Shown one piece after another: positions 28,337 through 37,538 of a stretch of 64,000 bases of DNA. Below the pieces are notes generated by a model. It was given only the letters and a program-made list of their open reading frames with translations, did not search any database and was not told the origin of the DNA. The stretch comes from an uncultured Chromatiales bacterium. GTDB taxonomy: Bacteria > Bacteroidota > Ignavibacteria > SZUA-365 > CAYQST01. The stretch spans positions 100,804 to 164,803 of the forward strand of contig CAYQST010000004.1 in the NCBI GenBank assembly GCA_964420295.1. The letters are read 5' to 3'. Each line of letters opens with the position of its first letter. Position 1 is the stretch's first letter. The position numbers were made by a program, and so were the translations under genes.

Positions 28337-29089
28337 ATGAAATATATCCGTACTCTGTGTTTGTCCCTGATCGCCATCGTGCTGGTGGGCACCGCGCATC
28401 TGACGCCTCTTCATGCCCAGAGCTTCGAAGTCAGCACCACGACGGTGGATCTTACCGGTCCCGCCTCCGATCCCTTCACCCCGCATGTGGACTTGAAGAA
28501 TCTGACGAGTCGGAAACTGGACATCCGCATTCTGATTACAAAATACCAGATCCCGACGGGCTGGTTCTATTCGATGTGTCTGCACGAATGTTGGGGTGAA
28601 GGCAATTACGATGTGTATGACTGGCTGGAAGGGAACGAGACCGCGTCCTTCAAGCCCTCCTTCGATCCCTCCGGGATTCCAGGCGAAGCGCTCGTGGAAT
28701 TGCGGATCTCCCTGGCGGACGATCCGGGCGAATTCTACGAGGTTACCATCAGGGTGAAGGCCACCTCCACCACTTCCGTGGTAAAAACGTCCGTTGCCCG
28801 CTCCCTGGCTCTTGCCCAGAACTATCCCAACCCGTTCTCCCTGGGCAGCACTCCGTCTACTACCATCACCTATTCCCTCCCCAGAACGGGTGCCGTGTCG
28901 CTCAAAGTGTATAGTCTGCTGGGAACCGAAGTCCGCACGCTCGTGCAGGGTCTCCAGGAACTTGGACCACACGCCATCCAGTGGGACGGACGGGACAACA
29001 ATGGATCGATGCTCCCTCCGGGCGTCTATCTCTACAAACTCTCTGCGGGACGTGAAAGTCAAACTCGTCGCGTGCAACTCACTCGCTAG
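28337..29089 (+). CDS. secreted protein with T9SS C-terminal sorting domain
   Basis: Signal peptide MKYIRTLCLSLIAIVLVGTAHL; C-terminus LAQNYPNPFS..TTITYSLP..VSLKVYSLLGTEVRTLV...WDGRDNNGSMLPPGVYLYKL...RRVQLTR is textbook Por_Secre_tail. Confidence 0.8.
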   Translation: MKYIRTLCLSLIAIVLVGTAHLTPLHAQSFEVSTTTVDLTGPASDPFTPHVDLKNLTSRKLDIRILITKYQIPTGWFYSMCLHECWGEGNYDVYDWLEGNETASFKPSFDPSGIPGEALVELRISLADDPGEFYEVTIRVKATSTTSVVKTSVARSLALAQNYPNPFSLGSTPSTTITYSLPRTGAVSLKVYSLLGTEVRTLVQGLQELGPHAIQWDGRDNNGSMLPPGVYLYKLSAGRESQTRRVQLTR

Positions 29090-29107
29090 TCGAAGTGAAG
29101 ATTCACC

Positions 29108-29138
29108 AAGGCAGTCCTTCGCGACTGCCTTTTTTTTA
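29108..29138 (+). terminator. rho-independent terminator
   Basis: ggcagtc-cttcgc-gactgcc followed by TTTTTTTT. Confidence 0.7.
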
Positions 29139-29179
29139 TCCCTGAGTTTGCGGATTTTTGGCATCCACTGCCTGGAGTC

Positions 29180-29590
29180 ATGCATCCCATGCCCCGTCGC
29201 CGTTTCTTGTCTCTGATGTTCCTCGTTCTACTCGTGAGTCTGCTCGACTCCCTATCCGGGCGAGCTCAGGATGCCCCTTCCGTGCAGGTGTCCGATCAGG
29301 GAGAAGCCGTCCTGCGGATCACCACTACGGATCAGGGGACCTTGCGCTTCAGGGAATCGGACTGGGATCTGACCGTCGAGGGCATACGGGGCCATGCTCG
29401 GGTAGAACCAGCCGTGGGACCCGCCTACGACGCGGACACCGTGCTCTCCTACTTTTCGGTCGCCGCAGCGGCCTCCGATGGTCGCGCGACGTCCCTGAAG
29501 CAATACCTCCTGACAGTTCTCGGTATCATCCTCGTGATCGGCCTCGCCGCCATCGTCCTCTACGCAGCTTTTCTCGCAACGGATCGCTGA
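29180..29590 (+). CDS. small exported/membrane-anchored hypothetical protein
   Basis: N-terminal signal (FLSLMFLVLLVSLL) and C-terminal TM (TVLGIILVIGLAAIVLYAAFLA); abuts mntP. Confidence 0.4.
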   Translation: MHPMPRRRFLSLMFLVLLVSLLDSLSGRAQDAPSVQVSDQGEAVLRITTTDQGTLRFRESDWDLTVEGIRGHARVEPAVGPAYDADTVLSYFSVAAAASDGRATSLKQYLLTVLGIILVIGLAAIVLYAAFLATDR

Positions 29591-29599
29591 TTCTCCTTC

Positions 29600-30166
29600 A
29601 TGGATTTTCTTACCGTTGTCATGATCGCCTTCGCGCTCGCGGTGGACGCCTTTGCCGTGGCCCTGTCGGCAGGGGCGGCCCTGGGTCGCGCCGACAGGCG
29701 GCAGACCTTTCGGCTTTCCTTCCATTTCGGTCTCTTTCAATTCATGATGCCGATTCTCGGCTGGTTGGCCGGAATTCAGGTGGAACACATCATTGCGGCG
29801 TACGATCATTGGGTGGCTTTCACGCTCCTGGCGATTCTGGGCGGGAAGATGGTCATTTCCGGCATCCGGGGTGATGCCGATCGGGTGACGGCCGACGTGA
29901 CCCGCGGGTGGACGCTCATCGGACTCTCGGTGGCCACGAGCATTGATGCCCTTGCGATTGGCTTCAGTGTCGCCGTGATGCAGGTCGATATCCTCTGGCC
30001 CAGCATCGTCATTGGCATCGTGGCGGGGGCTATGACCTTTCTCGGCATACGACTGGGAGAGAAGGTGGGGGCGGCGGTGGGTCCCCGCATGGAGCTCGTC
30101 GGCGGTCTGGTGCTGATCGGAATCGGAAGCAAGATCGTGATCGAACATCTTGGACTGTTCCTATAA
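29600..30166 (+). CDS. mntP: manganese efflux pump MntP
   Basis: Two DUF204 repeats, AVDAFAVAL and SIDALAIGFSV acidic motifs, ~188 aa. Confidence 0.85.
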   Translation: MDFLTVVMIAFALAVDAFAVALSAGAALGRADRRQTFRLSFHFGLFQFMMPILGWLAGIQVEHIIAAYDHWVAFTLLAILGGKMVISGIRGDADRVTADVTRGWTLIGLSVATSIDALAIGFSVAVMQVDILWPSIVIGIVAGAMTFLGIRLGEKVGAAVGPRMELVGGLVLIGIGSKIVIEHLGLFL

Positions 30167-30168
30167 AA

Positions 30169-30200
30169 CGACGCCCCGCCGAAGGAGGCGGGGCGCAAAA
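30169..30200. terminator. bidirectional hairpin terminator between convergent mntP and hutH
   Basis: gccccgcc-gaaggag-gcggggcg GC-rich hairpin, T-rich tail on minus strand. Confidence 0.5.
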
Positions 30201-30223
30201 CGTTCGACAGTACATACGAGGTG

Positions 30224-31747
30224 CTATTCGAGGGGACCGACTGCGGCCTCGACGGTGTCGAGGATCTCGCCCGAGCGAACCACCTGCATCATCGTGTTGT
30301 GATCGGGGTAGAGAGGCCGATCGACTTCGAGGTGCTCCACGTGGCGACGAACGACTTCGCGGGCCGTGCGCACGCCAAGCCCCGGCGTGAAGTCGCGGAA
30401 GTCGAGTGCCTGGGCGGCCGCGATGAATTCAATGCCGAGCACGCCGTAGGCATTGGCCAGAATCTGAGCGTTCTTGATCGCAGTGTTCATGCCCATGGAG
30501 ACGAAGTCCTCCTGGTCGGCGGCGGCCGGTATGGACTGGATGCTGGCCGGTGCCGAGAGAATACGTTGCTCCACGATGAGATGATCGGCGGTGTACTGGC
30601 TGAGCATGAGTCCCGAATAGAATCCGGGGCTGTGCGCGAGGAAGTCCGGCAGTCCCTGGCTCAGGGCGGGATTGGTGAGTCGATTCAGGCGTCGTTCGCT
30701 GAGCACGCACACCATGGTGATGGCTGTTCCCGCCAAATCCATAGGAAGGGATACCGGGCTCCCCTGGAAATTTGCGCCGGTCAGCGTGAGATTGAGTTCG
30801 GGCACGAAAATGGGATTGTCACCGACTCCATTGAGTTCGATTTCCACCTGAGAGCGGGCGTAGGCGATGGCGTCGCGGGCGGCTCCGATCACCTGCGGCG
30901 TCGAGCGCATGGAGTAGGCGTCCTGCACCTTCGTTTTCATCTTGCCCGAGGCCAGGTCCGACCCTTCGATGCACTTCATCAGGTTGCGCGCCGACACGAT
31001 GGCGCCCGAAAAGCCGCGGAGTTCGTGCAACTTCGTGTTGTAGGGCTTCAAATTGGCCAGCAGGGCCTCGAGGGACATGGAGGCGGCGATTTCGGCCTGA
31101 CGCAGAAAGCGTACCATATCGTAAATGTGGATGGCACTCATCGCGGTGAGGAGGTTGGATCCGTTGATGGCGGCCAGTCCGTCTCGTGCCTGCAGCCCGG
31201 GAATGGGAATGCCCGCGCGTTCCATCGCTACCCGACCCGGCAGGCGCTCGCCCTCGTACCAGGCTTCGCCTTCGCCCATGAGCAGGAGGGCGATCTGAGA
31301 CATGGGAGCGAGATCGCCGCAGGCCCCTACCGAGCCCTTCTGACAGACGACGGGAGTGACCCCGGCGTTCAACATCGCCACGAGGGTTTGGGTGATTTCG
31401 GGCCGACAGCCGGAATTGCCGTGCGCATGCACGTTGATGCGGGCGGCCATGGCTCCCCGCACGTATTCGATGGGCGCGGGCTCGCCGATGCCGGCGGCAT
31501 GATTGTAGATGAGGTAGCGCTGAAATTCCTTTACCTGCTCGTCGTCGAGAATCCGCTCGGAGAATTCCCCGATGCCGGTGTTCGTGCCGTACATGATTTC
31601 CCTGGCCTCCAGCTTGGCCTCGAGCATGGCGCGGCAGGTGATGATGCGCTGAAGCGCGTCGGGATGGAGTTCCACCGGTTCGTGAAAACGGGCAATACGA
31701 ACCAGCGTTTCGATCGTCAGGTTGGATCCGTCAAGAACGAGAGACAT
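30224..31747 (-). CDS. hutH: histidine ammonia-lyase (MIO-dependent lyase family)
   Basis: Start MSLVLDGSNLTIETL verified by hand; GSVGACGDLAPM (MIO region, Cys in place of Ser), family-wide similarity over ~507 aa. Confidence 0.9.
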   Translation of the reverse strand: MSLVLDGSNLTIETLVRIARFHEPVELHPDALQRIITCRAMLEAKLEAREIMYGTNTGIGEFSERILDDEQVKEFQRYLIYNHAAGIGEPAPIEYVRGAMAARINVHAHGNSGCRPEITQTLVAMLNAGVTPVVCQKGSVGACGDLAPMSQIALLLMGEGEAWYEGERLPGRVAMERAGIPIPGLQARDGLAAINGSNLLTAMSAIHIYDMVRFLRQAEIAASMSLEALLANLKPYNTKLHELRGFSGAIVSARNLMKCIEGSDLASGKMKTKVQDAYSMRSTPQVIGAARDAIAYARSQVEIELNGVGDNPIFVPELNLTLTGANFQGSPVSLPMDLAGTAITMVCVLSERRLNRLTNPALSQGLPDFLAHSPGFYSGLMLSQYTADHLIVEQRILSAPASIQSIPAAADQEDFVSMGMNTAIKNAQILANAYGVLGIEFIAAAQALDFRDFTPGLGVRTAREVVRRHVEHLEVDRPLYPDHNTMMQVVRSGEILDTVEAAVGPLE

Positions 31748-31791
31748 GATACACCGCGATATTGAAAAAAAAGAGGAAGTAATCCGAAATA

Positions 31792-33795
31792 TCAGAATCC
31801 GGCAGAGGCAAGGGTACGCGCGATGAGCGCGTCGTCGGCCAGATGGGGCACCGTGATGTGGCCCTGGCCGGCATGGACGGCGTTCCAGGTGCGCACGGTG
31901 TCCATCGCGGGCTCGTTGCGGGCCCAGCTCCGCCGAGCGACTCCGCCCATGACGTCCCAGGATAGTCCCGACATCACAATCTCGTCGGCCAGTGGGCTTC
32001 CGTCGAGCACGATGCCATTCCCGCCGTTGAATGAGCGTCCGATGCCCACGCCGCCCCCGTTCGATAGAACGACGAGCGTCATGCCCCGCGCCACATTGCC
32101 GGCGAAGCACTGCACGGCCATGTCGGCGGTGAGATTGCTGCCGTCGGTGATGTTCGCGGTTTCGCGGAAGGGAGAATCGGTGCCGCTCACGTCATGATGA
32201 TCGCGGCCGAGGATGACGGGACCGATGACCCCGCGCCGAACCATGTCATTGAACTTCAGCGCGATCGTCACCCGTCCCACCTCGTCGGCATACAGAATCC
32301 GGGCCTTGGTCCCCACCACGAGACGATTCTCCTCGGCGGAAGCGATCCAGTGGTGGTTGTCCCGATGCATGGCGCTCTGGGTGGGATCGATGCATTCCAT
32401 CGCCGCGTGATCGGTCTTTCGCAGATCCTCGTCGGAGCCGGAGAGACACACCCAACGGAAGGGACCGAAACCCTTGTCGAAGCACATGGGACCCATGATG
32501 TCTTCCACATACGAGGGCCAGATGAAGCCCTCCGTCGTGTCCCGTCCATTTCGTGCGATGGAGATTTCTCCTGCGTCGAACACGGAGGCCATGAAGCTGT
32601 TGCCGTAGTCCCAGAACCGGGCTCCACGCTCGGTGAGGGAGCGGATGTGACGGTAATGTATGCGCAGGGACTCATCCACCGCTGCGCGGAATCGCGCTGG
32701 ATCGGACTTCATCAACTCTCGTCCCTCTTCGAAGGTGTACCCGACGGGCGTGTATCCACCTTCGTAGACGACGTGACAGGAGGTCTGGTCGGACAGGAGT
32801 TCGATGGGAACGTTGCGTTCGACGAAGAAGGCGAGGAGATCCACCACATTGCCGTGGTAGGCGATGGACACGGACTTCCCATCTCTGCGGTATTCCTCCA
32901 TCCACGAAAGAATCTGATCGAGGTCCGAGGAGACGAGTTTCACCCAGCCCTGGCGATGTCGAGTCTCGATGCGACTCATGTCCACCTCGGCGATGATGCC
33001 GATTCCCCCGGCGATTTCCACGGCCTTGGCCTGAGCCCCCGACATGCCTCCCAGACCGGAAGTGACATAGTATACCCCGCGAAGGTCTTTATCCTCGGGA
33101 ATGCCCAGGTACTTCCGGCCCGCGTTGAGCAGGGTAATGTAGGTGCCGTGCACGATGCCCTGGGGACCGATATACATCCATCCCCCCGCGGTCATCTGCC
33201 CGTAGTTTGTAACGCCCAGAGCTGCCAGACGGCGAAAATCGTCCGGTGTATCCCATTTGCCGATCAGGAGACCGTTGGTTGAGATTACCCGAGGCGCGTG
33301 AGGATGGCTGGGAAAAAGTCCCACCGGATGCCCTGAACTCACGACGAGAGTCTGATCCATCGTCATCTGTTCGAGGTACATCGTCAGAAGACGATACTGC
33401 ATCCAGTTCTGGCACACCTGTCCCGTTTCTCCGTAGGTCACCAGCTCGTAGGGATAGAGGGCGATGTCGAAATCCAGATTGTTGTCGATGTTCACCTGGA
33501 GCGCTCGTGCCTGGAGAATGCCCTTGTAGCTATCCACGGGTCTTCCCGTGATTTTACCCTCGGGACGATAGCGATACCCGTAGATGCGTCCCATGGTGCG
33601 CAGTTCCTCGAGGAATTCCGGAGCGAGAACCTCGTGAAGGGAAGGCGGAATGTAGCGTAGGGCGTTTCGGAGAGCGAGCGCAATTTCCGTAGGAGTAAGC
33701 GATAAGCCCCGATTTGGCGCCCGGCGGATTCCGGGTTCAAACTGCGGGGCTGGCGGAAGCGTGTCCGGAAGGGAGAAAACGGAAGGAAGGGACAT
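31792..33795 (-). CDS. hutU: urocanate hydratase (long form)
   Basis: RAPNRGLSLTP near N-terminus, HPVGLFPSHPHAPRV, GQMTAGGWMYIGPQGIVHGTY, GFGPFRWVCLSG family blocks. Confidence 0.9.
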   Translation of the reverse strand: MSLPSVFSLPDTLPPAPQFEPGIRRAPNRGLSLTPTEIALALRNALRYIPPSLHEVLAPEFLEELRTMGRIYGYRYRPEGKITGRPVDSYKGILQARALQVNIDNNLDFDIALYPYELVTYGETGQVCQNWMQYRLLTMYLEQMTMDQTLVVSSGHPVGLFPSHPHAPRVISTNGLLIGKWDTPDDFRRLAALGVTNYGQMTAGGWMYIGPQGIVHGTYITLLNAGRKYLGIPEDKDLRGVYYVTSGLGGMSGAQAKAVEIAGGIGIIAEVDMSRIETRHRQGWVKLVSSDLDQILSWMEEYRRDGKSVSIAYHGNVVDLLAFFVERNVPIELLSDQTSCHVVYEGGYTPVGYTFEEGRELMKSDPARFRAAVDESLRIHYRHIRSLTERGARFWDYGNSFMASVFDAGEISIARNGRDTTEGFIWPSYVEDIMGPMCFDKGFGPFRWVCLSGSDEDLRKTDHAAMECIDPTQSAMHRDNHHWIASAEENRLVVGTKARILYADEVGRVTIALKFNDMVRRGVIGPVILGRDHHDVSGTDSPFRETANITDGSNLTADMAVQCFAGNVARGMTLVVLSNGGGVGIGRSFNGGNGIVLDGSPLADEIVMSGLSWDVMGGVARRSWARNEPAMDTVRTWNAVHAGQGHITVPHLADDALIARTLASAGF

Positions 33796-33894
33796 GGAGC
33801 GTGAGGATGGGATGAAACAAGAAAAAGGAAACGCGGGAGACGATCCCGCATCCTCCAAATTAGCACATTTTTCCCGATTGGCGAAGGTGGTTGG

Positions 33895-34446
33895 TCAGAC
33901 GCGCCACTTGATGCTGCAGCCCATGGATGGTATGGGCTGGAAGCTCAGAGCGCGATGCGCGAGCAGGTCGTCGATTGCGGTACGCAGGTCCTGACGCGTG
34001 ACGCGTGTCGGATCCTGCCAATGGTCGTCGATGCGTCCGGCGTAGAACAGATGACGAGTCTGATCGAACAGGAAGATATCGGGTGTGCAGGCCGCGTCGT
34101 AGGCGCGGGCGGTGTTCTGGCTCTCGTCATACAGATAGGGGAACGGGAAGCGCTTGTCTCGTGCCCGTTCGATCATGCGGTCGAAGGAATCCTCCTCGTA
34201 CCGGCTCGCGTCGTTGGGATTGATGAGCACGAATCGGACCCCTCGGTCCTGATATGCGATCTGCAATTCGATGAGTCGATCCTCGGCCGCAATGGCGTAG
34301 GGGCAGTGATTACAGGTGAAAACCACCACGAGCGCGGTGGCGTCGCCAAAGGACGAAAGGGTCCATACCTGGCCATCGATGCCGGGCAGAGAGAAATCGG
34401 GAGCGGGAGATCCGAGGGGAAGTCCGGTGGAATGGGTGAGGGACAT
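33895..34446 (-). CDS. thioredoxin-fold thiol peroxidase/oxidoreductase (AhpC/TSA-like)
   Basis: APDFSLPGIDGQVWTLSSF...VVVFTCNHCPY CxxC redox motif. Confidence 0.7.
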   Translation of the reverse strand: MSLTHSTGLPLGSPAPDFSLPGIDGQVWTLSSFGDATALVVVFTCNHCPYAIAAEDRLIELQIAYQDRGVRFVLINPNDASRYEEDSFDRMIERARDKRFPFPYLYDESQNTARAYDAACTPDIFLFDQTRHLFYAGRIDDHWQDPTRVTRQDLRTAIDDLLAHRALSFQPIPSMGCSIKWRV

Positions 34447-34457
34447 GGGGGAAGAAG

Positions 34458-34521
34458 GGAATGAGTGAATGGGGGAATGAGTGAATGGGGGAATGAGTGA
34501 ATGGGGGAATGAGTGAATGGG
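34458..34521. repeat. perfect 16-bp tandem repeat x4 (gggaatgagtgaatgg) with degenerate flanking copies, in divergent promoter region
   Basis: Read directly from sequence 34447-34530. Confidence 0.9.
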
Positions 34522-34565
34522 GGAAGATTTCGTATACTTACGGCACCAAAGTACGAAAGGAATCT

Positions 34566-36455
34566 ATGGTGCGAAGATCTCTCCCCGAGGTGCATCGCTC
34601 GGTACCCTTACCCAGAGGCATCAGCATCTGGAAGAGGATGTTTGCGTTTCTTGGGCCGGCCTATCTCATCAGTGTGGGGTACATGGATCCGGGCAACTGG
34701 GCCACCGATCTGGAAGGTGGGGCGAGATTCGGATTTTCCCTGCTCTGGGTTCTGTTGATGTCGAACCTGATGGCTATCGTGCTCCAGGTGCTCTCCGCCC
34801 GTCTCGGGATCGTGACGGGAAAGGATCTGGCCCAAGCCTGTCGCGAGCGCTATCCGCGCTATCTGTCCCGCAGTCTCTGGGTGCTGACCGAAATTGCCAT
34901 CGCTGCGACGGACCTCGCCGAATTGCTCGGGACGGCGATCGGGTTGAATCTACTGTTCGGACTCCCCCTGATTCCGGGGGTGCTGCTCACCGCCTTCGAT
35001 ACGTTTCTCTTTCTCGGCATCCAGCATCTCGGCATGCGCCGATTCGAGGCGTTTATCATGACCATCATCACGGTGATCGGCGTGTGCTTCATCTTCGAAT
35101 TGTTTCTGAGCGGTCCGAACTGGGGTGCCGTTGCCACGGGATTTCTACCACGACTGCCTGATGGAGCCCTGTATGTCGCGATCGGCATTATCGGGGCCAC
35201 CGTGATGCCCCATAATCTGTATCTCCATTCAGCCCTGGTGCAGTCCCGTTCCTTCGACCCCACGCCTGATGGAAAGCGACAGGCGTGCCGATACAATCTC
35301 GTCGATGCCGCAGTCGCACTCAACGGTGCCTTCTTCGTCAATGCCGCCATCCTTATTCTCGCGGCAACGGTCTTTCACCAGAGGGGAATCGTGGTGACCG
35401 AACTCCAGCAAGCCCACCACATGATCTCGCCTCTGCTCGGAACCTCCCTGGCCGGCATCGCCTTCGCGCTCGCCCTCGTCCTGGCGGGACAGGCGTCAAC
35501 CCTCACTGGAACTCTGGCGGGCCAGATCGTGATGGAGGGATTTCTCCACTTCAAGATCCGACCTGTTCTTCGTCGCTTCATCACCCGCGCACTTGCCATC
35601 ATCCCGGCCCTGGCCGTGCTCCTCACCATGGGTGAACAGGGCACCTATCGACTCCTGCTTTTCAGTCAGGTCGTCCTCAGTTTGCAGCTGTCCTTTGCGG
35701 TGCTTCCGCTCATTCAACTCACGAGCGACCGCACGGTGATGGGGGAATTCACCACACCGCGTTGGGGACAGGGGGGCGCATGGATCATCGCCGCCCTGCT
35801 GCTTAGCCTGAATGCCTATCTGGTCATTCAAACGATCGGGGAATGGATGCATGCCATGGCCGATCCCGTGCTGTTCTGGGGACTCATCGTGCCCGGCCTC
35901 GGGGCCCTGGCCGGACTCCTGCTTCGTATCCTGCTCGATCCTGTGCTCCGCGGAAGGGCCGTGGGTCCCCTCGTTCGGGACCGTCTCCGCCATTTCATGC
36001 ATGGAGAGGATGGTGGATTCGAAGCGGATCCCGTATCGTGGAGACGCGTGGGAGTCGCACTGACGCATGAGCCGCAGGATCATGTGGTGCTGAGCCATGC
36101 CGTTTCCCTGGCTCGAACCCATGATGCCCGGCTCGTTCTGCTTCACGTGGTGGAAGGTGCCACCGGGGATGTGTACGGACAGGCCGCCTACGATCGCGAA
36201 ACCCGTGAGGATGAGGAGTACCTGACCACGGTGGCCTCGTCCCTCGAAACGCGGGGCTTTGACGTGGACACTGTTTTAGGTTACGGAGCCGCGCCGCGAG
36301 AGCTGATCCGCCTTGTGGAAGAGAGTGCCGTCGATGTGCTCGTGATGGCGGGACATGGGCATCGAGGGATGGGGGATCTGTTTTTCGGATCCACCATCAC
36401 AGCGGTTCGGCACGAGGTAAGGATCCCGATTTTGGTGGTGAGGAGAAGAGAGTAA
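34566..36455 (+). CDS. mntH: Nramp divalent-metal (Mn2+/Fe2+) transporter fused to C-terminal universal stress protein (UspA) domain
   Basis: GPAYLISVGYMDPGNWATDLEGG Nramp signature, 11 TM; C-terminal ~140 aa VVLSHAVSLARTHDARLVLLHVVE...VLVMAGHGHRGMGDLFFGSTITAVRHEVRIPILVV = Usp fold. Confidence 0.85.
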   Translation: MVRRSLPEVHRSVPLPRGISIWKRMFAFLGPAYLISVGYMDPGNWATDLEGGARFGFSLLWVLLMSNLMAIVLQVLSARLGIVTGKDLAQACRERYPRYLSRSLWVLTEIAIAATDLAELLGTAIGLNLLFGLPLIPGVLLTAFDTFLFLGIQHLGMRRFEAFIMTIITVIGVCFIFELFLSGPNWGAVATGFLPRLPDGALYVAIGIIGATVMPHNLYLHSALVQSRSFDPTPDGKRQACRYNLVDAAVALNGAFFVNAAILILAATVFHQRGIVVTELQQAHHMISPLLGTSLAGIAFALALVLAGQASTLTGTLAGQIVMEGFLHFKIRPVLRRFITRALAIIPALAVLLTMGEQGTYRLLLFSQVVLSLQLSFAVLPLIQLTSDRTVMGEFTTPRWGQGGAWIIAALLLSLNAYLVIQTIGEWMHAMADPVLFWGLIVPGLGALAGLLLRILLDPVLRGRAVGPLVRDRLRHFMHGEDGGFEADPVSWRRVGVALTHEPQDHVVLSHAVSLARTHDARLVLLHVVEGATGDVYGQAAYDRETREDEEYLTTVASSLETRGFDVDTVLGYGAAPRELIRLVEESAVDVLVMAGHGHRGMGDLFFGSTITAVRHEVRIPILVVRRRE

Positions 36456-36478
36456 AGAGTAAAGAGTGAAGTGAAAAG

Positions 36479-36506
36479 GAACGGGCGACCCTGGGGTCGC
36501 CCGTTG
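36479..36506. terminator. bidirectional hairpin terminator between convergent mntH-usp and hemB
   Basis: aacgggcgacc-ctgg-ggtcgcccgtt; T-rich tail on minus strand. Confidence 0.55.
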
Positions 36507-36528
36507 GTTGTCGAGGCCTACGCAAGAG

Positions 36529-37527
36529 TCAGCGCAGAAGTTTGGAGGCTTCCTTGGCGAAGTAGGTGAGGATCATATCGGCGCCAGCCCGCTTGATGCC
36601 CATGAGGGATTCCATCATCACACGGTCGTGATCGATCCAGTTATTGGCGGCGGCGGCTTTGATCATGCTGTATTCACCGCTCACCTGGTAGGCGGCCGTC
36701 GGCATGCCGAAGGTGTCCTTGACGCGACGGATGATGTCGAGGTAGGGACCGGCGGGCTTCACCATCACGATGTCGGCTCCTTCTTCGATATCGATGGCGA
36801 CCTCACGAATGGCTTCGTCGCCATTGGCGGGATCCATTTGATGAGAGCGGCGATCCCCGAATTTCGGAGTGCTCTCGGCGGCGTCACGGAAGGGACCATA
36901 GTATCCGGACGCATATTTGGCAGCGTAGGACATGATGGGCAGATTGACGAATCCGTGTTCATCGAGGATCTGTCGAATCGCCGCAACCCGTCCATCCATC
37001 ATGTCGGAGGGAGCCACCATGTCCGCTCCCGCCTCGGCGTGGGAGAGGGCTTCGCGGGTGAGCAGTTCCAACGTTTCGTCGTTGACGATTTCTTCGCCCC
37101 GCACGATGCCGCAATGTCCATGCGAGGTGTATTCGCACATGCACACATCGGTGATCACCACCAGACCGGGCACGGCCTTCTTGATGGCGCGCACCGCCTT
37201 TTGCACCATGCCATCCTCGGCCCAGGCTTCGGAGCCGATCTCGTCCTTGTGCTCGGGAATGCCAAAGAGAATCATCGCGGGAATGCCAAGCTTGAACACT
37301 TCGCGGGCTTCTTTCACGATTTCGTCGACGGAGAGCTGAAAGACGCCCGGCATCGATCCGACCGGCTTGCGCAGGCCCTTCCCCGGAGCGACGAATACGG
37401 GATAGATGAAGTCGTGCGGCGTGAGAATGGTTTCCCGCACCATGTTGCGGAGGCCCGGAGTCATACGGGTGCGACGGGTGCGGGCGAACCCGAATTGTTC
37501 GGAAAAAGGCAGGTTGTCGTAATCCAT
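36529..37527 (-). CDS. hemB: porphobilinogen synthase (delta-aminolevulinate dehydratase), Zn-type
   Basis: [14 protein letters not shown] cysteine-rich zinc site, active-site Lys contexts; start [10 protein letters not shown]. Confidence 0.9.
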   Translation of the reverse strand: MDYDNLPFSEQFGFARTRRTRMTPGLRNMVRETILTPHDFIYPVFVAPGKGLRKPVGSMPGVFQLSVDEIVKEAREVFKLGIPAMILFGIPEHKDEIGSEAWAEDGMVQKAVRAIKKAVPGLVVITDVCMCEYTSHGHCGIVRGEEIVNDETLELLTREALSHAEAGADMVAPSDMMDGRVAAIRQILDEHGFVNLPIMSYAAKYASGYYGPFRDAAESTPKFGDRRSHQMDPANGDEAIREVAIDIEEGADIVMVKPAGPYLDIIRRVKDTFGMPTAAYQVSGEYSMIKAAAANNWIDHDRVMMESLMGIKRAGADMILTYFAKEASKLLR

Positions 37528-37538
37528 GAGTGCGTTTC

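Noticed and set aside
28319-29185. 288-aa minus-strand ORF overlapping the 28337..29089 cargo gene
   Set aside because: The plus-strand gene has a signal peptide, a textbook Por_Secre_tail and a downstream terminator.
30221-33282. Plus-strand ORFs (514 and 362 aa) opposite hutH and hutU
   Set aside because: Antisense to two genes with family-wide conserved signatures.
34173-34595. 140-aa minus-strand ORF rich in PFTHS repeats
   Set aside because: Created by translation through the 16-bp tandem DNA repeat; it runs antisense to the mntH-usp start (34566) and has no independent support.
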